A stretch of 63,837 bases of DNA, counting the filler, from Octopus bimaculoides (taxonomy: Eukaryota), in assembly GCF_001194135.2 (NCBI RefSeq). It is 5 parts of 5 records of this genome, joined end to end, with 100 filler letters (N's around TTAATTAATTAA, not from the genome) between each part and the next. Parts side by side here need not be neighbours in the genome. Positions count along the whole stretch, not along the records: positions 1 to 31,338 come from NC_068990.1; 4 more parts are not named here. One strand, written 5' to 3'. Position numbers and translations under genes: made by a program. The notes beneath the pieces are model-generated. The model was not told the origin of the DNA, did not search any database, and saw only the letters and a program-made list of their open reading frames with translations. Numbering within the stretch: the stretch's first letter is position 1; every line of letters starts with the position of its first letter. Positions 11,936-25,400 of the stretch are shown one piece after another.

Positions 11936-13241
11936 AGAAAACCTATAACTTTGATAATTAATTCTGATCAAGAAATTTCATCACAGAAAAATCTTTACAT
12001 CTGTCAAATTTTCTTAGCTCTGATAAGTACTGGTAAGGCTATCATTTGCTGAGAAGGTCCAATAGCACGGAAGCATATTTCAAGTTTTTCTCCCTTGAAA
12101 GCGATTATACTCACTCCGCACTGCATGTTCGCTATTTAATTTTAAAAAAATATTTCTAATATTTAGGTTTCGTAGTTGACTCCCTCATCTCTCCCNNNNN
12201 NNNNNNNNNNNNNNNNNNNNNNNNNNNNNNNNNNNNNNNNNNNNNNNNNNNNNNNNNNNNNNNNNNNNNNNNNNNNNNNNNNNNNNNNNNNNNNNNNNNN
12301 NNNNNNNNNNNNNNNNNNNNNNNNNNNNNNNNNNNNNNNNNNNNNNNNNNNNNNNNNNNNNNNNNNNNNNNNNNNNNNNNNNNNNNNNNNNNNNNNNNNN
12401 NNNNNNNNNNNNNNNNNNNNNNNNNNNNNNNNNNNNNNNNNNNNNNNNNNNNNNNNNNNNNNNNNNNNNNNNNNNNNNNNNNNNNNNNNNNNNNNNNNNN
12501 NNNNNNNNNNNNNNNNNNNNNNNNNNTATTACTGTTGTCGTCGTAGTTGTCGTTGATAATGATGATGAGGATAATGATAATGATGATGATGATGACGACG
12601 ACAGGGATGCCGCTGCTGCTGATGACAGTGATGAAGATGGTGGTGCTGGCGGTGATATTGTTTAGTTCTAAGTTAACCTTCATTACTCAAGCAATAATAC
12701 TTTCTGGTTTCAGTGGACAGTTTTTAGAATGAGGGCTCTTTACACCAAGAACCACATTGTCTGACACATACGAGCCAGCGTCGATATCAGATTACGAACC
12801 AGCGCCCAGTTGGTTGCCTGCCGTTCCATCAATACGGCTATTTCCACCCCCCCATTCAAATATACTTCTTCCTGTAAACATCTAACCATACCCTCATCCA
12901 AAAACTTATAGAAAATTCTGAAACTTTTAGTTTACATGCTTCCATTCATTGCAGTTCTATAAATCTTAGTCTATTTGGCTTCGCGCCAAGACAAATGTAG
13001 AAACGTTTAGACATTTTAAAGTACAAACAGAAGTACAATGAACAAACATTTTCTTATTAACTGCAAGAAGCTATTTTCCCTTCAGAGACTGTAAATGCTC
13101 ATAATGATAATAATAATGATAATAATGTTTCTGATTTTAAGCCAGAAGACACTAACCATTGAGGGGTAAGGGCTTTGTCCACGTCAGCATTATTGGCTCT
13201 GTTTGGGTTTTTCTTGCGTTTTATTAGTGTTGTTGTTATTG

Positions 13242-13300
<59 letters not shown>

Positions 13301-14490
13301 GTGTCTTTACGTTCTAAGTTCAAATTCTGCAGGGGTCGAATTTGCCGCTCGTTCTTTCGGTATCGATAAATTAAGCACTAGTTGAGCCCTGGCATCGATG
13401 GAATCGATTAGACCAACGCCCAAAGCTTGATGCCTTGTGCCCATGACAGAAAAAGGGGTCATTCTCCTACTCCTCCTTCTCATCATCATCACTATAATCA
13501 TCATCACTCATAGTCATAATATTCTTTATGCTCTGAACGGGAACCTCCACCACCACCACCACCACCACCATGATGCCATGTTCCTCCCCACCAAAGAACA
13601 GCCCTCATCACCACAAACGATATCACCGATACCCCAACAATTCTTACCACCCAACGAAATCCACCGCCACCACCACCACCACCACCACATTCTGCTTCGC
13701 ATTCATCTCCGTTTCTACGATGCATCCTCTTCATCTTCATCTTTTTAGATTACTTTTCAAAAACAAAAAAAAACAAAAATTTTAAGTATGTTTCTATGAT
13801 GGAATCAGCTGAAATAACACACACACACACAGACGCACAAACAACATTAACATACATTTATGTATATATATACGCATGTGTGTGTGTATATGTAATCACT
13901 CATGTCCATATCATATATTGTGTGCGTCTGTACGTTTGTATCCACACACGTGTGTATACATATGCGCACACTCACGGAATCACATATAATATGCATATAT
14001 ATTTATATATTTAGTGTGCCTGTGTGTGAACGTATGTATGTGCGTATATATATACAGACATTTATACGGATGCATTTGTGCGATGAGTTTTCAGCTTATA
14101 CACACATATCTAAATACATGTATACACTCAGGAATCTTTGTACAAATATATGCATATATAAGTATATACGTGCAGACACACACATATATATATATGTATG
14201 CACACATGGATATATACATACATACGTACATTATGTGTGTATTATGCAAGTAAACACACAGGTGCGCGTGCACACATAAATATATACATCAGTATTATAC
14301 ATGTATGTAAATATGTCAGTTTAAATGTGTGTAACGGTTATGTGTAAAGCTATCGATATGCCTCAATATATGATTGAATGTTTTTAAAAATCATATATGA
14401 AGTATTGATACATGAATTTATTGAAAATAGGTTTTTGAGAATGGGAGTAAGAGATTCTGCACTTGTGTGTGTGTGTGTCTTCGTGTGTTT

Positions 14491-14553
<63 letters not shown>

Positions 14554-14904
14554 GCATATATGTGTGTGTTTGTGTGTGTGTGTGTGTGTGTGTATGTGTG
14601 TACACGTAAGTATTTGGGTGTGAGAACATGTTGGTGGAAGCTGAAATACTTTTTACGCGTGTAAGAGTGCATTTGTGTACTCACATATGTATATGTATGT
14701 ATATATACATGTGTAAATGTATATATATGTAAATACATGTAAATATATATATACATATACATATGTATACAGAGAGAAGGAGAGCGAGAGAGGGAGAAAA
14801 GAGAGAGTGAGAAAGAAAGAAACATTCACACATGCGTATACGCATGCATGCACACGTACGTATATATGCATACATACATAAATATAATATATATATATAC
14901 ATAT

Positions 14905-14947
<43 letters not shown>

Positions 14948-15148
14948 TTATATATATGTGTGTATGTATATGTATATATATATANNNNNNNNNNNNNNNN
15001 NNNNNNNNNNNNNNNNNNNNNNNNNNNNNNNNNNNNNNNNNNNNNNNNNNNNNNNNNNNNNNNNNNNNNNNNNNNNNNNNNNNNNNNNNNNNNNNNNNNN
15101 NNNNNNNNNNNNNNNNNNNNNNNNNNNNNNNNNNNNNNNNNNNNNNNN

Positions 15149-15180
<32 letters not shown>

Positions 15181-16526
15181 TGTATATATATATATATATA
15201 TGCGTGTGTATATGTATGCAACCACATGTACGTCCACACCACACCTATATAGAAAGAGAACACCAAATTGAATGGAGGAATGAATGAAAGACAGAGATAC
15301 ACATATATATATATAAATATATAAACATTCATATGTTTCATAAGTATCGATTTATCAATGTAAATTCATGGAATATTGATTCTTTTTTACTCAAAGACAA
15401 TATGTTTATAAGAAGAAGAAGAAGAAGAAGAAAAAAATTCTTTTTTTCGTACATTGCAGAGTGGTAAAATGTAAGCATTTTAAAACAACATAAGCTAAAC
15501 TGTATTTCAAAAATGCCATAGCAAAAGCTATTATAAATTAGATGCAGATATTCCTGAACACATATCGTAATCTTGGATGTTATCATGCACATAGCGCATA
15601 CTCACTGATACGGAGGCGTATGGGATGGGATTGTATGCAAAAAAACATATATAGGTCCAACTACGGATTTGTGAAATGTGTGGGTTATGTTTATATCCAT
15701 ATTTTGAAATTATTTCTGTGGCATATATATATATATATATATTGTATATAAATGTGTATGCATTTATATGTATATGTATGTATATATATACATACATATC
15801 AATATATGTATCCACATATCTGCGTACAAAATAGAATTTTAAATAATAAATGTCATCTACACACGCACATACACACATATGTGCATTATATATGTATAAT
15901 TGAATCCTATACATACATACGTACATACATACATGCTTACATACATCTATATATGTATGTATGTATATCTATATACATGTGTGTGTAGATTAACATACAC
16001 ATTATATATCGACATGTATATATACATATATATAAATAATAAATAAATAAATAAATAAATAGATGAATATATATATATACACACACACACACACAAATAT
16101 GGAGAAATTAAAAAAATTTTTTGCATAATAAAGCTGTTACATATACCTATCTCTCTATATGTATATATATAGATACGCATGTATGTGTGTGTATGCGTGC
16201 GTGCGCGCGCGAGTGCGTGTATGCGCGTGTGGGTGGCAGTTGGTCGGATGGGTGAGGCTGCATGTTTTGTTTCCTAGTTTTATTGTCGAATTTCTCCTGA
16301 TCAGGATGAGTCAGTTTCTAAACTTGAAGCAAGGCTCCTTCGCTGGAATTTAGGCAACATCAAAAAGGTAGTCATATATATATGTATGCACGTCTATATG
16401 TGTACATGTGTGCATATACATAGGCATGTGCACATGCATACATGGTTGCAGGTATGGATGTCACTTCATATTTGGGTCTTATTACATTCGAAACTTCTGC
16501 AATGTTTTACATATTTTGACAGGTGC

Positions 16527-16682
16527 AGGCGCAGGAGTGGCTGTGTGGTAAGTAGGCTGCTTGCCAACCACATAGTTCCGGATTCAGTCCCAGTGTATGG
16601 CACCTTGGGAAAATGACTTTGGTCTCGGCCCGACCAAAGCCTTGTGAGTGGATTTGGTAGACGGAAACTGAAAGAAGCCCAT

Positions 16683-16714
<32 letters not shown>

Positions 16715-16940
16715 TATATACATACATATGTGTGTGTGTCTCTGTTTGTCCCCACCACCATCGGTTGACAACCGATGGTGGTGTGTTTACGTCCCGGTAA
16801 CTTAGCAGTTCTGCAAAAGAGGCCTATAAAATAAGTACTAGGCTTACAAAGAATAAGTCCTGGGGTCGATGTGTTCGACTAAAGGCGGTGCTCCAGCATG
16901 GCCGCAGTCAAATGACTGAAAAAATATAAAAGAATAAAAG
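16527..16940 (+). mobile_element. SINE family A, full-length copy
   Basis: Same head, core, microsatellite and tail. Other plus copies lie at about 2760-3190, 4715-5045, 21795-22155, 25170-25330, 25485-25810, 31155-31330, 41030-41190, 47650-47810 and 59985-60110. Confidence 0.9.
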
Positions 16941-17169
16941 ATTATGGCAGCATTGACCAACTTAAACAAGGAGACCGTCCAGAAGAGTTGCAGGAGATTC
17001 TGAAGGCGTCTGGAGGCCGTGGTTGAAGCCAATGGCGATTTTATTGAATAAATTTACTGTTTAGCATTTCAAGATATTTTAATATAATTCTGGTAAATAT
17101 ATCTTTTAAAATGAGATGTCAGTGTTATTTTCATTTTTGCGTAATTTGGACAATTCATTTACCACATCC

Positions 17170-17236
<67 letters not shown>

Positions 17237-17830
17237 GCAAATGCGTATATGTTGCATGAATGAATACGCGTGTATGAGTATCTATATGCTTATGTGTTTA
17301 TAGATATTTTTAGCGCATTTATTTCTCTATCCACACACACACACATAGATACATACATACATACATACACATATGTTACAAAGCACACGCATAACCCACA
17401 CCGATTCAGACATACGTATATTTTACATTCGTTTCGGATTTGTTCTTCGCTCATTTTCTTTCAACATGGCGTTTATTTAATAGTATTATCACCTCACCGC
17501 CACCCTTTAAAAAATTCTGTTTGCCATTCAACTATTAATGATATTGGCAGCAATTGCTCTGATGGTAGCTTGAGAATTGATGGAATATCGGTGGCTGAGA
17601 GCTATTTCACAGATAAAATGGAGTATTTGAATGAAAAAAATAGCAGCAACATAAAAATTGAAAATAACCACCGAACGATAGTTTGTTTCTAAATGTCTGA
17701 TAACGAAAAGATTAAATGAAACCAACTTCGAATGAAATGATTTCTTACTTTGAAAAGAACGAGGTTAATTGCGTGCCAACGGCATGCTGGAAGCAACAAC
17801 CGAAAATCCTTCCACTTGGACAATACTTAG

Positions 17831-17966
17831 AAGATGGGGGAATATACGGTTAACATGGATCGGGTTATTCTGAACCGGGCTAAGCCCATGACAGTACTAT
17901 CAACTCTGGGATTACTTCCTTCGTATGGCTGTTCAATCAAGGCTGAAGAGAGGTTGGAAGAAAGAG
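17831..17966 (+). CDS. Candidate internal exon, unidentified gene
   Basis: caatacttag|AAG...AAAGAG|gtaata; 136 nt, open only in phase 0: KMGEYTVNMDRVILNRAKPMTVLSTLGLLPSYGCSIKAEERLEER. Confidence 0.25.
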
Positions 17967-18179
17967 GTAATATATATTACTGGTATGTCTGTGTTATTAC
18001 AACCTGATGAGGGAACTTCTTCGTGTTCGTCTCATCTGAAAAAAGAAAAGAGGCAAAGAATTCCTTTTTAAATGTCACCCAGTTGTGTCAAAAGAAAAAA
18101 AAGACATGTTGCAAAATATGGAGATTACATAACAATAACAACAATGTATTGTAATTACATATCAATATTTCTCATGTTA

Positions 18180-18400
18180 ATGGCGGTGAGCTGGCCGAAT
18201 CGTTAGCAAAATACTTTGTGGCATTTCGACCGTCTTTACGTTCTGAGTTCAAATGCCGCCGAAGTCAGCTTTACTTTTCATTCTTTCGGGGTTGATAAAA
18301 CAAGTACCAGTTGAGTACTGGGATCAATGTAATCGATTTATCACCCCCCCCCGATCTTGCTGGCCTTGTTCCAAAATTTGAAATCAATATTTCCCAAGTT
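18180..18400 (+). mobile_element. tRNA-derived SINE family B
   Basis: Head ggcggtgagctggccgaatcgttagca and core cttttcattctttcggggttgataaaacaagtaccagttgagtactgggatc. Further copies at about 5800-5980, 13300-13445 and 36730-36960 (+), and 29810-29920, 34100-34260, 35075-35280, 59810-59980, 60470-60660, 61140-61360 and 63365-63540 (-). Confidence 0.85.
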
Positions 18401-18413
18401 ACCGGGCGACACC

Positions 18414-18900
18414 ATACTAGCTAAACTTGTCCGCTGTATGGGTTCTTCAAGCACAGAAAGAGTCGTCTATGTGACCCTTTCATCTCCACATAGAAAATCA
18501 TTCACTTGTTAATCTATTCTTTCATGATTGGAAATAGTTTTGCCAAAACCTTTCCAATTTATCAATACTAGTTGCTTTCTAATTGTATTTCTATACAGCA
18601 TTGTCTCTTTATCTTCTCTTATAAAATCTGATTGGTTATCATTTCTTACAATTTGTCGGTCTTTTCAACAACTATTTAGAATTTCATTTGAATATATTTG
18701 GAAATCATCCAATACCTTGTTCTAATAGTGTCCGCATTCTTCAACAATAAGTATATTCATTCTGTTGTTCCAGCAGTTTTCCCTCCGTAAAATCGCTTCT
18801 GTTTTTCAGGTAATCGAATGATTTTAACCGAAATTCTGTATATTTTGTTGAAATATGAATTAGCATTGCAAATCTAAATTTTGTTTTGTGTATTTGCGAA
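18414..18900 (-). mobile_element. Possible decayed Helitron 3' portion
   Basis: The minus strand ends CTAG|T at about 18416. A decayed coding-like frame (IRKQLVLINWKGFGKTIS, loosely like a GxGKT P-loop) lies upstream. Weak. Confidence 0.2.
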
Positions 18901-20764
18901 GTTTTTCTTTTTTTTTCATGCTGTATTTGTAATATTTTCACCCAATATAATTTTCATGACTAAATACTGCCATGCATTTTTAAAATTCATAAATTTTGTT
19001 ACTTTCAAGCACACTAAATTGTCTTTGCCACACTTTTACATTCATAAATATAAAATGCTAAGAGATAACTTGGACAGAAAATCTCATGAAAAAAAAGTGG
19101 ATTTTAAGGTTTTAATAAATGGAAAATAAGAGCAGACCTGTGACACCTGATTGATCTATAGGAGAAATAAGCTCCGTAGTTATTCAAAACAGCAAGCCTG
19201 TGGTAAATATTGAACTAGTAATACCAACAAACCTTATTTCAGAAGAAAAGACTGAGAAAGAGGAATAAGATCTGTGAGTATCGCATGGTATTACTCAGAG
19301 AGCATCTTCTAAAAAAAAAAAGCGGAGACTGAAATGAATGCATCAACGACAAAACGAAGCGAACATCGTGTTGTAGATCTAGGAGCGAATTTCTCAAGAG
19401 ACACCCACTTTTGGAAGAGGTTCTATAATGTAAGGCCAGAACTGCTGGTCTTGCGTACCTCTGCAATGTGACATTGTGGAGAAACACTGCAAACAAAAAG
19501 AAACTGATGCATTGATATGTTATCCCCAATATTGAGAATGATGCTGCTATCATCAGGAAGTGTAACCTCTTGGACTCGTGACCGTTACATCACATTTTGA
19601 AGCTTATGCTTTTACAGCCTAAAAGCACGAAATAGCCACAAAACACGTCTTCGTGAAAAGGGTCAGTACAGCACTTAAACACCTACCATGTGATGGGAAT
19701 TATCAATTATGTTGCATTACTGCAGATGTCCTAAAATACTATTCAGGTATTACCTTCCAAGGTGTTATAATGTTGCTAAAGCATAATCCGATGCCATCGG
19801 TTGGAAAAACTGATTTGTGATAAATTTAAAACTATTCGAGACGTTGACTAATTCCATACGCTTCAACGTTAAGTTATGAGGGTAGAACGGGGTCCGTTAT
19901 ACTTGTGTAATAGGCCATGCATTATTTTATTCTTTTATTTGTTTCAGTGATTTGACTGCGGCCATGCTGGGGCACCGCCTTTAGTCGAACAAATCGACCA
20001 TAAGACTTATTCGTTGTAAGCCTAGTACTTACTCTATCGGCCTCCTTTGCAGAATCATTAAGTTACGGGGACGTAAACACACCAACATCGGTTGTCAAGC
20101 GATGGTGGGGGGACAAACACAGACACACAAACACACATACACATGTACATACATTCATAGTCACCAACACATATATGTCTGTATGATTGTGTTTATGTTT
20201 TGTGTGTACGCAGCGAGGTGCATGCGTATATGTGTCTATGTGTGTGTGAGTGTGTGTGTGTGTGTGTGTTTGTGCGTGTTTGTGTGTGTATTGTGTGTGT
20301 GTGTGTGTGTGTGTGAGTGTGTATATGCATGTGTATGTGTGTGTGTAAGTGACTGAATGAAGAAGTATTCAAATTTGTAATTCACTTAATCCGATTATAA
20401 ACTCCAGTCAATAAACCTGAGCTGTTAAATATGTTACCCAACTCCTACAGCCATAGAAGCCGTCGTACATTTGATCATGAAACATCTTTAACCAGAGATC
20501 AGGTTTCGAATTTTGTTGAAAAGCGTGCATAGAAATCAAGACATTTCAGCCACATTCATTCGGTCTGTTTTGAACATCGAGGTCTCTATCGGCCAGTGTG
20601 TCTGTCTTTTTTTGAGGCTGAAGAGTGGGATTTGAGGGTATCTGGCTGCTTTTTCTAGTAACTCGAACGACCACGTCCTGCAATAATAACCAAAGTGGCT
20701 AAGAGTATGGGATGTGAGGTGGGGGAGATATGGAGGAGAATGGAAGGAAAATGAAAGACAGGAT

Positions 20765-21030
20765 TTGATTGGATAGATAGGTAGATAGATAGGTAGAGAG
20801 AGAGATAAATAGATAGATAAGTAGGTAAATAGATAGATAAATAGATATATAGATAAATAGATAGGTTGATAAATAGATAGATAGATAAATAGACAGATAA
20901 ATAACTAGATAGATAGATAGATGAATAGATAAATAGATATATAAATGGGTAGATGGCTAGATAAATAAATAGATAGATAAATAAATTGTTAGATAAATAG
21001 ATAGATAGCTAAATAAATAGATCGATAATA
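20765..21030. repeat. Degenerate (GATA/AAAT)n tetranucleotide satellite
   Basis: Continuous agat/aaat units. Confidence 0.9.
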
Positions 21031-21305
21031 GAGAAGGAATAATGAGAAGCGGTGAGAAGAGAAAGTATGTACCCGGTTACAGTGTTTGTATCAATTAAAT
21101 CGGATTATTACAAATGGTTTAGTGGATGTGTGGTGAGAATATGTGGAGACAAACGGCAGATTGAAACCAGCTGCGTTGTATCTGCTGCAAATGCACATCT
21201 GCGATTAATGTACATATTCTTTACCCAATCCTTATTTCATTGCATGTCAGCTTACTGCACCCGCAATATTAACTTTAAATCTGATTCTTAAATCACGCCA
21301 ACTCA

Positions 21306-21485
21306 TTAACTTTGCTGACTATCTCCTTCAGAGTAAGACAGCGAATGGTAGTGGTGGTGGTGGTTATGGTGGTGTTGGTGGTTGTGGTGGTGTTGGGAAT
21401 GTTGTTCCTGGTGCTGGCGGTAATTTGGTATGGAATACCAGGCTTCAGTAAATTTTGGCTCCAACGGAGCGGTATCAACTTTAAT
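21306..21485 (-). CDS. Candidate terminal exon, His/Gln-rich
   Basis: Acceptor ttacatttgtcatag|ATT; 180 nt open to TAA: IKVDTAPLEPKFTEAWYSIPNYRQHQEQHSQHHHNHQHHHNHHHHYHSLSYSEGDSQQS*. The His run could simply be an (ACC)n microsatellite. Confidence 0.25.
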   Translation of the reverse strand: MKVDTAPLEPKFTEAWYSIPNYRQHQEQHSQHHHNHQHHHNHHHHYHSLSYSEGDSQQS

Positions 21486-21955
21486 CTATGACAAATGTAA
21501 TGTGATGTCGATCAAGGCAGCGTACAGTCGCTGTTGATCATACATCAAGTGTATAGATGAGAAAGCGTGAAATCGTTTCTTTCCCTCGGTCACTACGTTC
21601 AGCTTTCAACGACCCAGTCTTTCTAGCTGTAGAAAGATACCACATTGTGGAATGGTTCAAAGCTGCAAGAAAGCGTGCCGTAGCTTTTAGGTGGTTCAGG
21701 GGTCGTGATGAACGCGCTCAAATCTGATTCAGTTTTCAGTTTATGAATTGCATCACGATTATTACCCCGGGTAGATTCGAAAATTAATGAATAGGCGTAA
21801 GAGTGGATGTGTGGTAAGTAGCTTGCTTACCAACCACATGGTTCCGGGTTCAATCCCACTGCGTGGCACTTTGGACAAGTGTCTTCTACTATAGCCTCGG
21901 GCCGACCATAGCCTCGTGAGTGGATTTGGTAGAAGAAAACTGAAAGAAGCCCATC

Positions 21956-22001
<46 letters not shown>

Positions 22002-23309
22002 TTATAAGTTTGTCTGACTGTGTTTGTCCCACCATCATCGCTTGACAACCGATGCTGATGTGTTTACGTCCCCGTAAACTAGCGGTTCGGCAAAGGAGAC
22101 CGATAGAATAAGTACTAGGCTTACAAAGAATAGGTCCTGGGGTCGATTTGCTCGATGAAAGTCAAATCAGACTCCAGGAAAGGATGAAAGTCGAACTCAC
22201 AGTGGACCGAACTCATAGTTCATTAAAATTTCAAATGATTTCTCACGTTGAAAGCGCAGAAAGAACGTTCAATATAGCTTCCGTGACCCCTTTTAACGAA
22301 AATACTGTCAGTATTGTAAAGTTTTAATGCCAGGTTTGAAGGAGAAAAATAAATCCCGCAAGAGAACAGGAAGATAATGGCAAAAGATTAAAACAAGCAG
22401 TAGTTGTTTGAATAACGTATCACGTGTCTAGTTATGCACAGGGCTCTGTCAGACCTCAAATATACTTTACAGTTAAATATTCTCTGAAAATTGATCAGAT
22501 TTTACTTAATTTCACAACACACAAACTGGAAACCGTTGGCATGGAGCTTACCTCAGTTATTCGTGTGACTCGATTCGTAGATTTGGTAAGTGACCTTACC
22601 GGCATTACTCCAGCTACTACTGACACTTATTTGACCTCATCAAAGAGATGCTAATAGTGGCTGGAGTGATGCCAGTCGGGGGTTACTTACCATTTCGGCA
22701 TATCGCTCACTGACACGATTTCCTTATATTCCGAGGTAATAACAAAGAAATAAAGGCTACTAAAAAGAGATACACATGCATTTTCTAAATACCGAAAGAA
22801 GGGGACACCGTTCAAACCAAAAATCCAAGAATAATTAACCCTCTCCAAGAATGAAACTACAGAAATGTCACATAAGTACAATATTGGACCTTTGTGATCT
22901 CATACTGCAATTTCTTTTACACTTTTAGCATGTTACTTTTTCTGTCATTGAATCACCGCCGTGCTGGAGCATTACATTGTAGTCAAACAAGTGGACTAGA
23001 GTTCATTATTCTAAGCCTGGTACTTATTCGTCAATCTCGTTTACCGAACCACTAATTTACGGCCACCGATTACCAAACGGTGAGAACTCGCATGCATCAA
23101 ACTCCCTCATGCATCAAATGTCAATTCCTAAAAAGCATTAGTGAAGTAAAATTATGTAGCAACACCAAATGGCGGTGCCCCAGCATGGCCAGAGCACATG
23201 AGCTGAAACTAGATCAAATCAAATCAAATCAAACATATACATATATATATATGCATATATACATACATATATGTACATACCTACATATATATATGTATAG
23301 ATACAAGCA

Positions 23310-23600
23310 TATATGGGTACGGGACGTCAAAAAAACGCGAACAAAATGAAAAACGAGAACATATAAAAAAGCAAGAACATGGAAAACGAACTTTTTTTGG
23401 ACAACGAAAGAAACAAATAGAGAAACGAGACAGGTAACATAAAGAACAATCCCTTCATCAGTTGTCCCCTGTTTTATCTACTCCACGTTTCGAAGGTAGG
23501 GCCAAGACGTGATTTCGTTAAAACAGTCCTTCCCGCAAAGCAAATTAAATAAAATTTGGGATTTTTGTGGAGGGTTAAAGTAATAACAAAACAGTAAAAA
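23310..23600 (-). mobile_element. Penelope-like pLTR fragment
   Basis: Minus strand contains ...ccttcGAAACGTggag...CTGATGAagggattgttc..., followed by a long T/C-rich tail. Confidence 0.5.
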
Positions 23601-24616
23601 CGAACGGTAGGGGCTGTTGAGCCATAACGAGGATCCAGTGGTTAAAGACATCATCAGGAGGAACCACGTCCGGTTTCGGCCCCTACTCCTCTACTGTTTT
23701 TGACGAGGCGCCCCCTCCTTTCGGATGTGTCTTCAGCACTGGTGCTGAGTGCATTTCTTCTTCCTCCTTTTTTCTTCTGTTCCCTGGCCTCTTCGATGCA
23801 GCGTCAATGAATGTCAGCGGACGAATGACCATCCTGCCAAATTTCCCTTTAAATACTCGCCTGTTGGCTCCAGCAGCCAGCACCAGCTAATTGTCACGTG
23901 ACACTGTCTAAGCTTCAACTGACCAATGAAGGGGAAGGGCGCGTAATTTTAGCCCGCGCCCTCTTTAAACCTGCCTTCCAGCAGTGCCGTGTTTGTTTCT
24001 GTTCCAGAAGTTGAGAGTGTGGAAAAGATATATAATTATGAAATGGAGAAAGCCACAGAGTGTGGAAGAACCAACTCGCCTCAGGGTTTACTGAATTCAC
24101 GTGATGTTAGTGAAGCTATGTGGCTTCATGATTAGGCTGTTGCAATCACGCTCGTAAGGTTGATGAGTCCGATTTCCAGACCAGAATAAACTACCATCAG
24201 TTCATTAAGTCTGCTTGATGCCAAAGGAATCTACAGTAAATTGACAACCTTATTAATTAGTGATGTTACACATAGAAAGTAACTACGAAATTGGGCCCCG
24301 GTATATAAATCAGATGCAACATGAATAGCAAAAAAGAAAAAAAGAAAAAAAGAAAAGGTCAGCAGTGAAGACGGTGCTGCAGCTGGGCGTCAGTAATAAT
24401 GAATAAAATAAACTAGAAAGATATAAGGAAAAAAAAAAAAGATAGAAGTATTGATTTTTGTTTTGTTTCGTACAAGTCTGAGAGTGCAGAGAGATGGGTT
24501 GTGGTCTTGGAATGTTTTTTATAAATGCAAACACAAACACAGACAGACACACACACATACACATAAATATTATATATGTGTACACACACAGATGTATGCA
24601 TGTGTGTGCATAAATT

Positions 24617-24671
<55 letters not shown>

Positions 24672-25345
24672 GGCTGTTATTGTATGTGCGGAATAGCTTT
24701 ACAACACATCAATTTGATGTGTGTGTGTGTATATATATATACACACAGCCTCCTCCACATACAATTCCACTTCCCATTACCAAACACCACCACTCACTCA
24801 CTCACTCACTCACTCACCCACTTTATTACAACTATTCCTCCATTACTGCAGTTCGGCCATATTTGCAGTATTTCACTACGGTTTGTTATCCATGGAGATG
24901 GTAAGAATGGAATAGATAAATTAGTTCTTTCTGAAATACTAGCATATGCAATGCAGCTGGGCTACAAGATAGCCATCGGTATTCATCGCTAGCAACTAAA
25001 AAGAAAACATAATCAATATATTGATAACGGTTGCTGCAATTTTGTGGTTTTAATACAAACTTTAACACCAGAATCTCACTTCAAATGAATTGTAGGGAGT
25101 TACACATGGAGAACGAACATGGCAATATTTCATTACCAATAAACAACTAGAAAAATAAATAAATAAATAGGTGCAGGCGTGGGAGTGAGGTTAAGAAGTT
25201 TGCTCCCCCTTATCATGTGGTCTTTGGTTCGTCTCACTGTGCAGCACCTCTTGTTTTATAACCCCCGGGCCGACCAAAGCCTTATAAGTGGATTTAATAG
25301 AAGAAAACTGCAAAAAGTCCATTGCACACACACACACGCACACAC

Positions 25346-25400
<55 letters not shown>

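Noticed and set aside
13437-13785. His/Gly/Thr-rich ORFs on both strands
   Set aside because: Driven by (CAC)n and (CAT)n runs; no convincing splice sites or domain.
22424-22654. VRP...TV.YSL.IDQIL resemblance to a Cys-loop (chemotactile-type) receptor N-terminus
   Set aside because: The similarity is superficial. The expected downstream WxD, Cys-loop and transmembrane exons are not found in the window.
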